64,000 nucleotides of DNA from Bacteroidales bacterium. GTDB taxonomy: Bacteria; Bacteroidota; Bacteroidia; Bacteroidales; Paludibacteraceae. Position 1 is the first letter of the stretch; every line of letters starts with the position of its first letter. The stretch is taken from NCBI GenBank assembly GCA_022784645.1, contig JALFZG010000010.1:43-64042 (forward strand), read 5' to 3'. Below, piece by piece: positions 26,309 through 35,046 of this stretch. Position numbers and translations under genes: made by a program. Below the pieces are notes generated by a model. It was not told the DNA's origin and did not search any database. It saw nothing but the letters and a program-made list of their open reading frames with translations.

Positions 26309-29300
26309 ATGAGCAAACGCAAAGGCAACCATATTACAGAAGCAATCCGGAAGCACCGTTTGGTGACTTTCGTGGTGTGCGCGTTGGTGTTGTTCGGCTT
26401 GGTGTCGCTTCCGCTGATGAACAAGGATGAGTTTCCGCAGTTCACCATTCGTCAGGGCGTGGTGGCAGCTGTCTATCCGGGGGCTACAGCTCAGGAAGTG
26501 GAGGCGGAGGTGACCAAGCCGCTGGAGCGTTATCTGTTTACGTTTCAAGAAATCAACAAACAGCGTACGTATTCGGTGACGCAAGACGGCATCGTGTATG
26601 TGTATGTGGATTTGGACGTGAAAGCCGACAAGGACGATGCTTGGGGCCGCATTCGGCATGGGCTCAATCTGTTTAAGCAAACCTCCCTGCCGGCAGGCTG
26701 TTTGGCGATTGTGGTGGTGGATGATTTCGGTTGCACCTCCTCCATTCTGATGGCTATCGAGTCGGCTTCCCGTTCGCCTCGCGAGCTCGAGCAGTATTCG
26801 CTTCAGATAGCCGACCGCCTGCGTTCCATCCCTGAACTGGGCAAGGTGCGCATCGAGGGGCAGCAGCAGGAAGAGGTGGCTGTGACGATTGATGCGGACA
26901 GGCTTTCGGCTATGGGCATTGATAAGAAAACCATTCTCGCGCAACTCACTTTGCAGGGCTTCCGAACGATGGGTGGCGAAGTCAAAGAGACGACCGGGAT
27001 GCTCGGAAATGCGCTCGTGCAGGTAGCTATTCCTTACAGCTCTGAATACGAGATTGGGCAGCAGATTGTGTTTGCCGACCCCGCGAAAGGGCAGGTGGTG
27101 CGGCTGTGCGATATTGCCAAAATCGAACGGCGGTATCAGCAGTCTGACAAGTATATTGAGCATTATGAAAACGGCCAACGCTCCTCGTGTCTGCTCATCA
27201 ATGTGGAGATGATGCCGGGAAATAATATCGTTCGCTTTGGCCAAGAAGTAGATAAGATTTTGGAGGAAGAACGTGCCCTCCTGCCGCCCGATGTGCAGTT
27301 TCATCGGATAACCGACCAACCGAAGGTGGTGAATCATTCGGTTGTTTCTTTCCTCCGCGATTTGGTTTTCTCGATTGTGGTGGTGATTATGGTGATGCTC
27401 GTGCTTTTCCCGCTTCGCACAGCGTTGGTGAGCGCTACGGGTGTACCGGTTTGCACGGCTATTTGCATTGGGCTGATGTACCTCACAGGGATTGAACTCA
27501 ATACCGTCACATTGGCTGCGCTGATTGTGGTTTTGGGCATGATTGTAGATGACTCGGTGATTGTGATTGACGGCTACACCGACTTGCTCGACCGAGGTTA
27601 CAGTCGCGGCTATTCGGCGGTACAGAGTACGGCTGCTTTGTTCATTCCCATGTCGCTCGCTACCTGTTCGATTTCGGGTATGTTTTTCCCGATGACCAAG
27701 ATTATCAAGGGGCCGCTTGGCGATTTTGTGCAGCTCTTTCCTTGGGCTGTCTGCTTTGCCCTCACCGCTTCGATTTTCTATGCCGTGTGGGTGATTCCAT
27801 ATCTCAGTATCGCGTATATCCGTAGGCGAAGCGACAATGATCTCACCCGCTTTGAACGCATGCAGAACCGCTTCTTCGCATGGCTGCAAACGCAGTATCA
27901 ACGATTGCTGCAAACGTGCTTTGGGCGGCCGTGGCGGGTGCTCGGGATGGCCCTTCTCCTGCTCTTGTTGGGGTTGTTTATTTTCTCCCACCTCAATATT
28001 CAGATGTTGCCGAAGGCCGAACGCGATTGTTTTGCGGTGGAGATTCATTTGGCGGAGGGTTGTGGCGTTCAGGAGACGGCGGTTGTGGCTGATTCGATGG
28101 CGCGTATCCTGCAAGCCGATAAGCGCGTGAAGAGCGTCACCTCGTTTGTGGGACAGGCTTCGCCGCGTTTTCATGCAACCTACACCCCGCAGATGGCCGC
28201 TCCCAATTATGCGCAATTCATTGTGAATACCCGTTCGGAAAAGGCTACATCTGCTATCCTCCGCGAGTATGGGCCGCGTTATGAAAACGCCTTCCCGAAA
28301 GCGTATGTGCGTTTCAAACAGATGGATTATCAGCCCGTTCAGAATCCGCTGGAGGTGCATTTGCAGGGCCCCGATTTGGCGGCTCTTCAACCTTTGGCCG
28401 ACTCGCTGAAAGCCTACATGGGCACGTTGCCACAGTTGCAATGGGTGCACTCCAATTACGACGAATCGTCGTTCTCGCTACAGGTGCGATTGCGCCCCGA
28501 TGAGGCCGACCGATTGGGCATTACGCAAGCCGCTCTTTCGCTTTATATCAATTCTGCGCTCGGAGGGCAGAAGCTTACGCAGATTCACGAGGGCGACTAC
28601 ACTATCCCCGTGATGCTCTACACAGCAGGTGTTGACTCGCTCAACCCGTCTGCGATTGAGGATATGCTCGTGCCAACCGCCTATCCCGGCCTTTGGGTGC
28701 CTCTCCGCCAAGTGGCAGAGGTGGTGCCCCAGTGGCATCCCGCACGCATCACACGCAGAAACAGCATCCCGACCATCACGGTGGGGGCCGACTTGCGAGG
28801 AAAAGCTTCGCAGCCTGCGTTCCAAAAGAAGATTGCCGCGTATGTGGATGCGCATATTCGACCGGCATTGCCGGAAGGGGCATCTATCTCTTATGGCGGA
28901 CTCACCTCGGCTAATCAGCAGGTGATTCCGCAATTGGTGTGGTCCGTTTTGGCGGCTATCCTCGTGCTGTTTGTGCTTGTAATCTGGCATTTCGGCAAAG
29001 TGAGTGTGGCGGTGTTGGCCATCTCCGCTTCTTTCCTCTGCGTGTTTGGCGCTTGTTTCGGCCTGTACTTGTTCGACCTCGACTTCTCCATCACGGCCCT
29101 CCTCGGACTCGTTTCGCTCATTGGCATCATTGTCAGAAACGCCATCATCATGTATGAGTATGCAGAGCAACTCAGAAAGGAAAAACTGTTCTCCGCTCGC
29201 GAGGCGGCTTACGAGGCTGGGCTTAGGCGAATGCGCCCCATTTTCCTCACCTCAGCCACTACTGCCCTCGGCGTTGTGCCCATGATTGTGGCGCACACCA

Positions 29301-29410
29301 GCCTCTGGATGCCGATGGGCGTTGTCATCTGCTTCGGCACGATTTTCACGCTCCCGCTCGTGGTGACCGTTTTGCCGATTGCTTATTGGAAGATTTTTGA
29401 AAAACGATAA
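26309..29410 (+). CDS. RND superfamily efflux transporter, AcrB/AcrD/AcrF family inner-membrane permease
   Basis: About 1033 aa with the typical N-terminus (ITEAIRKHRLVTFVVCALVLFGL) and 12-TM, two-large-loop architecture. Start set at MSKRKGNH (26309). The ORF-track start at 26111 lies inside the repeat element. Confidence 0.9.
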   Translation: MSKRKGNHITEAIRKHRLVTFVVCALVLFGLVSLPLMNKDEFPQFTIRQGVVAAVYPGATAQEVEAEVTKPLERYLFTFQEINKQRTYSVTQDGIVYVYVDLDVKADKDDAWGRIRHGLNLFKQTSLPAGCLAIVVVDDFGCTSSILMAIESASRSPRELEQYSLQIADRLRSIPELGKVRIEGQQQEEVAVTIDADRLSAMGIDKKTILAQLTLQGFRTMGGEVKETTGMLGNALVQVAIPYSSEYEIGQQIVFADPAKGQVVRLCDIAKIERRYQQSDKYIEHYENGQRSSCLLINVEMMPGNNIVRFGQEVDKILEEERALLPPDVQFHRITDQPKVVNHSVVSFLRDLVFSIVVVIMVMLVLFPLRTALVSATGVPVCTAICIGLMYLTGIELNTVTLAALIVVLGMIVDDSVIVIDGYTDLLDRGYSRGYSAVQSTAALFIPMSLATCSISGMFFPMTKIIKGPLGDFVQLFPWAVCFALTASIFYAVWVIPYLSIAYIRRRSDNDLTRFERMQNRFFAWLQTQYQRLLQTCFGRPWRVLGMALLLLLLGLFIFSHLNIQMLPKAERDCFAVEIHLAEGCGVQETAVVADSMARILQADKRVKSVTSFVGQASPRFHATYTPQMAAPNYAQFIVNTRSEKATSAILREYGPRYENAFPKAYVRFKQMDYQPVQNPLEVHLQGPDLAALQPLADSLKAYMGTLPQLQWVHSNYDESSFSLQVRLRPDEADRLGITQAALSLYINSALGGQKLTQIHEGDYTIPVMLYTAGVDSLNPSAIEDMLVPTAYPGLWVPLRQVAEVVPQWHPARITRRNSIPTITVGADLRGKASQPAFQKKIAAYVDAHIRPALPEGASISYGGLTSANQQVIPQLVWSVLAAILVLFVLVIWHFGKVSVAVLAISASFLCVFGACFGLYLFDLDFSITALLGLVSLIGIIVRNAIIMYEYAEQLRKEKLFSAREAAYEAGLRRMRPIFLTSATTALGVVPMIVAHTSLWMPMGVVICFGTIFTLPLVVTVLPIAYWKIFEKR

Positions 29411-29510
29411 TTATTCACTTTTTTTAACACAAAATGGGCTGTTTCATGCAGAAAAAAGTGCATTTCGATAAAAAATTACTTTTTTATTTGGCCAATCCAA
29501 AAATATGTAG

Positions 29511-29518
29511 TAATTTTG
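29511..29518 (+). promoter_or_regulatory. -7 promoter box for korAB
   Basis: TAATTTTG lies about 37 nt upstream of the ATG at 29555. Confidence 0.6.
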
Positions 29519-29554
29519 TTGCACTTTTCAAAAACAACCCTTAAAATTATTATC

Positions 29555-31369
29555 ATGCAATCTGTTGTAGTTCGATTTGTAGGTGATTCCGGCGACGGCA
29601 TGCAGCTTACCGGTAACCTCTTTTCTTCTCTCTCTGCTATCCTTGGAGACGAGATCTCAACTTTCCCTGATTTTCCAGCTGAAATTCGCGCCCCACAAGG
29701 TACGTTGGGCGGTGTGAGCGGTTTCCAAGTGCATCTTGGCAAGGGCGTTTACACCCCAGGCGACAAGGCTGATGTGCTCGTTGCGATGAACGCAGCTGCG
29801 CTGAAAGTGAATGTGCACAACATCCACGATCATTCCATCATCATTTGCGACACCGATTCGTTTACGGCAAAGGATCTTGAAAAGGCGCTTTACAAGACGG
29901 ATAACCCCTTCCAGGAGCTTGGTTTTCCGGAGACGGTGCAGATTGTGCCGGTAGCCCTCACCTCGCTTACGAAGGAGTCGCTCAAGGATTCGGGTATGGA
30001 CCTCAAGGCTATTGTTCGTTCGAAAAACATGTTTGCCCTCGGTCTTGTTTGCTGGCTCTTTGATCGTCCAATCGAGCATGCAATCTCGTTCTTGGAGGAT
30101 AAGTTCAAGAAGAAACCCGCACTCATTGCTCCGAACGTAAAAGTGTTGACCGATGGTTACAACTACGGTCAGAATCTCGCTCTCTCTGTGAATCAGATTC
30201 GCGTTGAGGCTGCTCAGCAAACGGGTAACCCTGGCGCTCGTCATACCTCTATTGCCGGTAACAAAGCCACTGCTTGGGGCCTTATCGCTGCGGCTGAGCG
30301 CGCTGGTAAGCAGCTCTTCCTCGGCTCCTATCCCATCACCCCGGCTACCGATATCCTCCACGAACTCTCGCAGCGCAAAGACTGCGGTGTAGTGACCGTG
30401 CAGGCTGAGGATGAGATCTCTGGCGTGTGCACCGCTCTGGGTGCTGCCTTTGCTGGTGACCTTGCTTGTACCTCCACCTCTGGACCCGGCCTCTCGCTCA
30501 AGAGCGAAGCGATCGGTTTGGCTGTAATGGCTGAGCTGCCGCTTGTAGTAATCGACGTACAGCGTGGCGGTCCTTCTACCGGTTTGCCTACCAAGACCGA
30601 GCAAACGGACCTTCTGCAGGCTATCTACGGACGAAATGGCGAGTGCCCGGCTGTCGTTATGGCTGCTTCTACACCCGCTAACTGCTTCGATTATGCGTTT
30701 ATGGCTTCCAAGATTGCGCTTGAGAACATGACGCCCGTTATCCTCCTCACCGATACCTATCTCGCAAACGGTACCTCCATCTGGGAGATTCCGTCTATCA
30801 ACAGCCTCCCGGAGATTCATCCGCATGTGGCACCTGCTGAACTCGCTGGCAACTTCAACCCTGCTCTCCGCGATGCCGACAATATCCGCTATTGGGCATA
30901 CCCCGGTATGGAAGGTTTCAACCACCGCAATATTGGTCTGGAGCGTGATGCGCAGAAGGGCACCATCTCTACTGACCCCAAGAATCATGAGGTAATGCAG
31001 GCTACTCGTGCTGCAAAGGTGAAGCAGGTTGAAAATAAGATTCCGTATCTCAACGTTTGGCAACCCGAGACCGTCACCGATAAGGATACCCTCCTCGTTG
31101 GATGGGGCTCTACGGAAGGTCATCTCCGTGCTGCTGCTACCGAGCTCCAATGCTCGCTCGCGCATTTCAACTATATTAACCCGCTCCCGCGCAACACGCG
31201 TGACGTACTCGCGCGCTTTAAGAAAATTATTGTGTGCGAAATCAATAGCGGACAATTTGCCGCTTATCTGCGTTCGCAATTCCCCGATATCCCGGTTCTT
31301 CAGTGCAACGCACAACAGGGGCAACCCTTCCAAGTTTCTCAAATCGTTGAATTCGCTAAAAATCACTAA
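29555..31369 (+). CDS. korA: 2-oxoglutarate/2-oxoacid:ferredoxin oxidoreductase, alpha subunit
   Basis: N-terminus MQSVVVRFVGDSGDGMQLTG... About 604 aa, a fused gamma-alpha type. It is followed 2 nt later by the beta subunit. Confidence 0.9.
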   Translation: MQSVVVRFVGDSGDGMQLTGNLFSSLSAILGDEISTFPDFPAEIRAPQGTLGGVSGFQVHLGKGVYTPGDKADVLVAMNAAALKVNVHNIHDHSIIICDTDSFTAKDLEKALYKTDNPFQELGFPETVQIVPVALTSLTKESLKDSGMDLKAIVRSKNMFALGLVCWLFDRPIEHAISFLEDKFKKKPALIAPNVKVLTDGYNYGQNLALSVNQIRVEAAQQTGNPGARHTSIAGNKATAWGLIAAAERAGKQLFLGSYPITPATDILHELSQRKDCGVVTVQAEDEISGVCTALGAAFAGDLACTSTSGPGLSLKSEAIGLAVMAELPLVVIDVQRGGPSTGLPTKTEQTDLLQAIYGRNGECPAVVMAASTPANCFDYAFMASKIALENMTPVILLTDTYLANGTSIWEIPSINSLPEIHPHVAPAELAGNFNPALRDADNIRYWAYPGMEGFNHRNIGLERDAQKGTISTDPKNHEVMQATRAAKVKQVENKIPYLNVWQPETVTDKDTLLVGWGSTEGHLRAAATELQCSLAHFNYINPLPRNTRDVLARFKKIIVCEINSGQFAAYLRSQFPDIPVLQCNAQQGQPFQVSQIVEFAKNH

Positions 31370-31371
31370 TT

Positions 31372-32400
31372 ATGGAAGCTGCAGAATTTAAATCTGATCA
31401 ATACGTTCGTTTTTGCCCGGGTTGCGGCGACCATGCTATCGCAGCTGCCCTTCAGAAAGCTATGGCTGAGATTGGCATCCCACCTCATCAGGTTGCCGTT
31501 ATTTCCGGTATCGGTTGCTCCAGCCGTATGCCGCACTACCTCTCGCCCTATGGTTTCAATACGATTCACGGTCGTGGTGCCGCTATCGCTACCGGCGTGA
31601 AGACCGCTCATCCGGAGATTACTGTTTGGCAGATGACCGGTGATGGCGACTGCCTCGCTATCGGTGGTAACCATTTCATCCACTCGCTCCGCCGCAATGT
31701 GGACCTCAATATCTGCTTGTTCAATAACCGTATCTACGGCTTGACCAAGGGCCAGTATTCGCCTACTTCGCCGAAGGGATTCGTTTCGAAGTCCTCTCCG
31801 TTCGGCACGGTTGAACGTCCGTTTATCCCTGCTGAACTTTGCTTCGGTGCTCGCGGCACGTTCTTTGCTCGTACGCTCGACGTGGATATGCCGACTACCG
31901 TGCGCTGCATGGTGGAAGCCAACAACCACAAGGGCGCTTCGCTGATCGAATGCCTCGTGAACTGTGTGATTTTCAACAACGGCACCCATAATTATATCGC
32001 TGACCGCGCAGAACGCGCTGCTCGCACCATCGTGCTCAAGCATGGCGAGAAGATGATTTTTGGCAAAGACAACGAGAAGGGTCTTGCACTCGATTACTCG
32101 ACCGTCATCCCGCATCTTATCGTTGTGCCGGCTGACGATGAGCGCGTGCTCGTTCATGATGCCACCACCGCCGATCCTACGCTCCATCGTATGCTCGCCC
32201 TCATGGGGCAGCCCGATACCGTTGAGGCTAAGGCAGAGATGGAAGCCAACGGCTCCGAGCTCCCGATAGCTCTTGGAGTCATCCGCAATGTAGCTGCCGA
32301 CACATACGATCAGGCCGTACATCGCCAGATTTCCGACATCCAAGCCACCGCTAAGGTGCATTGCTTCGATGATCTCACCAAGACTCTCGAAACTTGGTAA
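31372..32400 (+). CDS. korB: 2-oxoglutarate/2-oxoacid:ferredoxin oxidoreductase, beta subunit (TPP-binding)
   Basis: CPGCGDH cluster/TPP region and the GDGD TPP motif (MTGDGDCLAIGGNH). 342 aa. Confidence 0.9.
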   Translation: MEAAEFKSDQYVRFCPGCGDHAIAAALQKAMAEIGIPPHQVAVISGIGCSSRMPHYLSPYGFNTIHGRGAAIATGVKTAHPEITVWQMTGDGDCLAIGGNHFIHSLRRNVDLNICLFNNRIYGLTKGQYSPTSPKGFVSKSSPFGTVERPFIPAELCFGARGTFFARTLDVDMPTTVRCMVEANNHKGASLIECLVNCVIFNNGTHNYIADRAERAARTIVLKHGEKMIFGKDNEKGLALDYSTVIPHLIVVPADDERVLVHDATTADPTLHRMLALMGQPDTVEAKAEMEANGSELPIALGVIRNVAADTYDQAVHRQISDIQATAKVHCFDDLTKTLETW

Positions 32401-32425
32401 TCTGCAGTATATCGTTTGAAAATCT

Positions 32426-32477
32426 GCGTTATTGGCGCTATTTCGCTCGGTTTTCGGCCGTAATAACGCATTTTTTT
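32426..32477 (+). terminator. Terminator of korB
   Basis: GCGTTATTGGC...GCCGTAATAACGC long hairpin followed by T7. Confidence 0.65.
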
Positions 32478-32520
32478 GCACTTTTTTCTGAAAATATTTG
32501 GTCAATTCAGAAATTTATAG

Positions 32521-32528
32521 TAATTTTG
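32521..32528 (+). promoter_or_regulatory. -7 promoter box upstream of the tRNA-Leu / rpsU unit
   Basis: TAATTTTG lies about 135 nt upstream of the tRNA-Leu 5' end. Confidence 0.5.
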
Positions 32529-32663
32529 CAGCCGCTTTCGTTATGAAGGCGGCTGTAATTATCAATAGTTCCAAGCAAGTTGGTTGTGTGCAGCTTGTGC
32601 AGAGCGCTTTTTAGAGAAAAGGCTTGCTCATCTATTGATAGTGCTAGTGTAACTAACGTCTAT

Positions 32664-32745
32664 GCCCAGATGGCGGAATCGGTAGACGCGCTGGTCTCAA
32701 ACACCAGTGGAGCAATCCGTGCCGGTTCGACCCCGGCTCTGGGTA
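32664..32745 (+). tRNA. tRNA-Leu (anticodon CAA)
   Basis: Acceptor GCCCAGA/TCTGGGT, anticodon stem CTGGT/ACCAG with loop CTCAAAC, long variable arm, T-arm GCCGG-TTCGACC-CCGGC. 82 nt. Confidence 0.9.
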
Positions 32746-32844
32746 CATTTATTCATCAAAGGTCATGCTCGAGACTTAAACACGGGCCATCACCCTGAAC
32801 GCAGTAAATCTGCGGTGGGATACCAGAAAGCGAGGTGTAAACGC

Positions 32845-33039
32845 ATGATTATCGTACAAGTTAAAGAAGGCGAAAATATCGAACGCGCGTTGAAGAAATT
32901 TAAGCGTAAATTTGAGAAGACTGGTGCTACGAAAGAGCTCCGTCGTCGTCAGCAATTCATCGCCCCTAGCGAGAAGAAGCGCTTGAAAATGGAGCACGCT
33001 ATCTACGTGCAGGCTCTCCACGCTAAGGAGGAAATGTAA
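32845..33039 (+). CDS. rpsU: 30S ribosomal protein S21
   Basis: MIIVQVKEGENIERALKKFKRKFEKTGATKELRRRQQFIAPSEKKR..., 64 aa. Start set at the internal ATG of the ORF at 32707-33039. Confidence 0.9.
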   Translation: MIIVQVKEGENIERALKKFKRKFEKTGATKELRRRQQFIAPSEKKRLKMEHAIYVQALHAKEEM

Positions 33040-33055
33040 TTTTCGTCCAAATACA

Positions 33056-33087
33056 GAAGGCTACTCATCCTCCGATGGGTGGCCTTC
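33056..33087 (+). terminator. Hairpin terminator of rpsU
   Basis: GAAGGCTACTCATC (33056-33069) pairs with GATGGGTGGCCTTC (33074-33087), followed by a T-rich tract. Confidence 0.55.
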
Positions 33088-33240
33088 TTCGGTCTTTTCT
33101 CACTTCTATTAGGCCCTTTCTTCGGTCTTTTCTCACTTCTAATTAAGGCCCTTCTTCGGTCTTTTCTCACTTCTAATTAAGGCCTTTTCTTCGGTCTTTT
33201 CTCACCTAATTAAGGCCCTTTCTTCGGTATTTTCTTGCGA
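33081..33240. repeat. Tandem array of about 5 units of 31-35 bp (GGCC(C)TT(T)CTTCGGTCTTTTCTCACTTCTAATTAA)
   Basis: Units start at 33081, 33112, 33147, 33181 and 33214. The first unit is the 3' arm of the rpsU terminator. Confidence 0.9.
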
Positions 33241-33290
33241 TTCTCGCTCCTTGTAGTGCCTTTCTTTGCTTAACAAATATTCTTACTTAT

Positions 33291-33512
33291 ATGCAGACAT
33301 TACATTTTGAACTTCGTGGAGATGAAGAAGATTTCATCCAATTGATTCAACTCTTGAAAGCTACCAACCTTGTGTATAATGGTGCGGAAGCGCAAGAAGT
33401 TGTGACTGCAGGTATGGTGTTGCGCAATGGCGTGGTGGAAACGCGTAAGCGTGCCAAGATTGTAAGAGGAGATGTGATTGAGTATGAAGGCAACCGCATT
33501 GAGGTTATATAA
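33291..33512 (+). CDS. S4-domain RNA-binding protein (YbcJ-like)
   Basis: 73 aa: LKATNLVYNGAEAQEVVTAGMVLRNGVVETRKRAKIVRGDVIEYEG. Confidence 0.75.
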   Translation: MQTLHFELRGDEEDFIQLIQLLKATNLVYNGAEAQEVVTAGMVLRNGVVETRKRAKIVRGDVIEYEGNRIEVI

Positions 33513-33553
33513 TCTTTTTGCATGAAAAATATCCTTGTATTCTCATTTTTGGT

Positions 33554-34960
33554 ATGAAATTATCTTTAACATATAGTCGTCGCGCCACCACGACTTCGCA
33601 TATTGGTGGTCTCACTATCGGTTCGGAAGCCCCCATTCGTATTCAAACGATGGCCAATACCGATACGAATGATATAGAAGGCTCTGTGCTTCAAGCTCGG
33701 CGCTGTTTTGAAGCAGGTGCTGAATTGCTGCGTTTTACCGCACAAGGCAAACGTGAAGCCGAATCGCTTAGACTTATTCGTGAGGCGCTTTCTGATTGCC
33801 CGCAGCCGCTGGTTGCAGATATCCATTTCAATCCGGCAGTGGCAGATTTGGCCGCTCAATATGTGGAGAAAGTGCGCATCAATCCCGGTAATTATATCGA
33901 TCCGGCTCGCAAATTCGAGCATATTGACTATACGGATGAAGAATATGCTGCCGAACTTGAACGGCTACGCATTCGTTTTACTACCCTCCTTGATATATGC
34001 AAAGCGCATCACACGGCTATCCGCATTGGTGTGAACCATGGCTCGCTTTCTGATCGCATCATGTCGCGCTATGGCGATACCCCTGCCGGCATGGTGGAGT
34101 CGTGCATGGAATTTCTGCGTGTGGCGGTGAAGGAGCAGTTTATGGATATTGTGCTTTCAATCAAAGCTTCCAACACGCGCATCATGGCCGATACGGTAAG
34201 GCTGCTCGTAAAGGAAATGGATAAGGAGCAGATGATGTTTCCTATCCATTTAGGCGTTACGGAGGCTGGCGAAGGCGAAGACGGTCGCATCAAGTCTGCG
34301 GTAGGCATTGGCGCGCTCTTGGCAGAGGGAATTGGCGATACGATTCGAGTGAGTTTGTCGGAAGCGCCTGAGGCAGAGATTCCTGTAGCAAAAGCTCTTC
34401 GCGACTACTTCGCTTGCTCGCAGTCTGTTCGTTATAGCGGGGTAGAGGTGGATATTTGTCAAGAAACTAAAACCATCACTTATACCTCCCCGCAAACGAA
34501 TTGGGCAATGCTCCAACTTCAAGCAGCTGCTGAATGTGGTCGGCTGCTTTGGATGCCCGAATATGCTGGATATCAGCTCGTTATCAATGCCGATTTCGCG
34601 GCAGATAAATGTGCACAACTCTCGCTCGATATTTTGCAAGCTGCCGGACTGATTCGCTATAAGACTGAGTATGTGAGTTGTCCTTCGTGCGGACGCACAT
34701 TGTTCAAAATCGAAGAGGTTATCCGCGAGATTCGCGAAGCGACTGGCCATCTGAAAGGCTTGAAGATTGCGGTGATGGGCTGCATTGTGAATGGACCGGG
34801 CGAGATGGCCGATGCCGATTATGGCTATGTGGGTGCTGCCCGCGGAAAGATTTCACTTTACCGCCAGAAAGAGTGCGTAAGAATGAATATTCCGCAAGAA
34901 AATGCCGTCCAAGAGCTCGTTAATTTGATAAGACAAGATGGCAAATGGGAAGAAAAATAA
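33554..34960 (+). CDS. ispG: 4-hydroxy-3-methylbut-2-en-1-yl diphosphate synthase (IspG/GcpE) with an inserted domain
   Basis: TIM-barrel N-terminal part (APIRIQTMANTDT...RINPGN...), then an insert of about 100 aa, then the 4Fe-4S domain (CPSCGRT ... MGCIVNGPGE). ATG at 33554 is preferred over TTG at 33518. Confidence 0.9.
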   Translation: MKLSLTYSRRATTTSHIGGLTIGSEAPIRIQTMANTDTNDIEGSVLQARRCFEAGAELLRFTAQGKREAESLRLIREALSDCPQPLVADIHFNPAVADLAAQYVEKVRINPGNYIDPARKFEHIDYTDEEYAAELERLRIRFTTLLDICKAHHTAIRIGVNHGSLSDRIMSRYGDTPAGMVESCMEFLRVAVKEQFMDIVLSIKASNTRIMADTVRLLVKEMDKEQMMFPIHLGVTEAGEGEDGRIKSAVGIGALLAEGIGDTIRVSLSEAPEAEIPVAKALRDYFACSQSVRYSGVEVDICQETKTITYTSPQTNWAMLQLQAAAECGRLLWMPEYAGYQLVINADFAADKCAQLSLDILQAAGLIRYKTEYVSCPSCGRTLFKIEEVIREIREATGHLKGLKIAVMGCIVNGPGEMADADYGYVGAARGKISLYRQKECVRMNIPQENAVQELVNLIRQDGKWEEK

Positions 34961-34990
34961 TTTTTTCTTGGATATATAAAGTTTTTTTTG

Positions 34991-34998
34991 TAACTTTG
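34991..34998 (+). promoter_or_regulatory. -7 promoter box for pfp
   Basis: TAACTTTG lies about 49 nt upstream of the ATG at 35047. Confidence 0.55.
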
Positions 34999-35046
34999 TG
35001 GCCGATTTTGAAATTATTAGTCTAACAAGAAAAATAGTTTTATTTT

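Noticed and set aside
26288-28450. A 720-aa ORF on the minus strand inside the RND transporter gene. It is the longest of many large antisense ORFs, including 29657-31366, 31366-32505, 35017-36177, 9092-10186, 18580-19620, 19980-20876, 41298-42191, 42534-43403, 45084-46169, 52138-53067 and 59548-60564.
   Set aside because: In the four cases I checked (the RND gene, korA, lipoprotein paralog 1 and ftsZ), the antisense ORF is codon-aligned with a sense gene; the RND gene, korA and ftsZ have unmistakable conserved motifs. In that frame, antisense stops correspond to sense TTA, CTA and TCA codons, which this genome evidently avoids. The translations are low-complexity (R/H/L-rich) with no recognisable domains. 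These are shadow ORFs, not genes.
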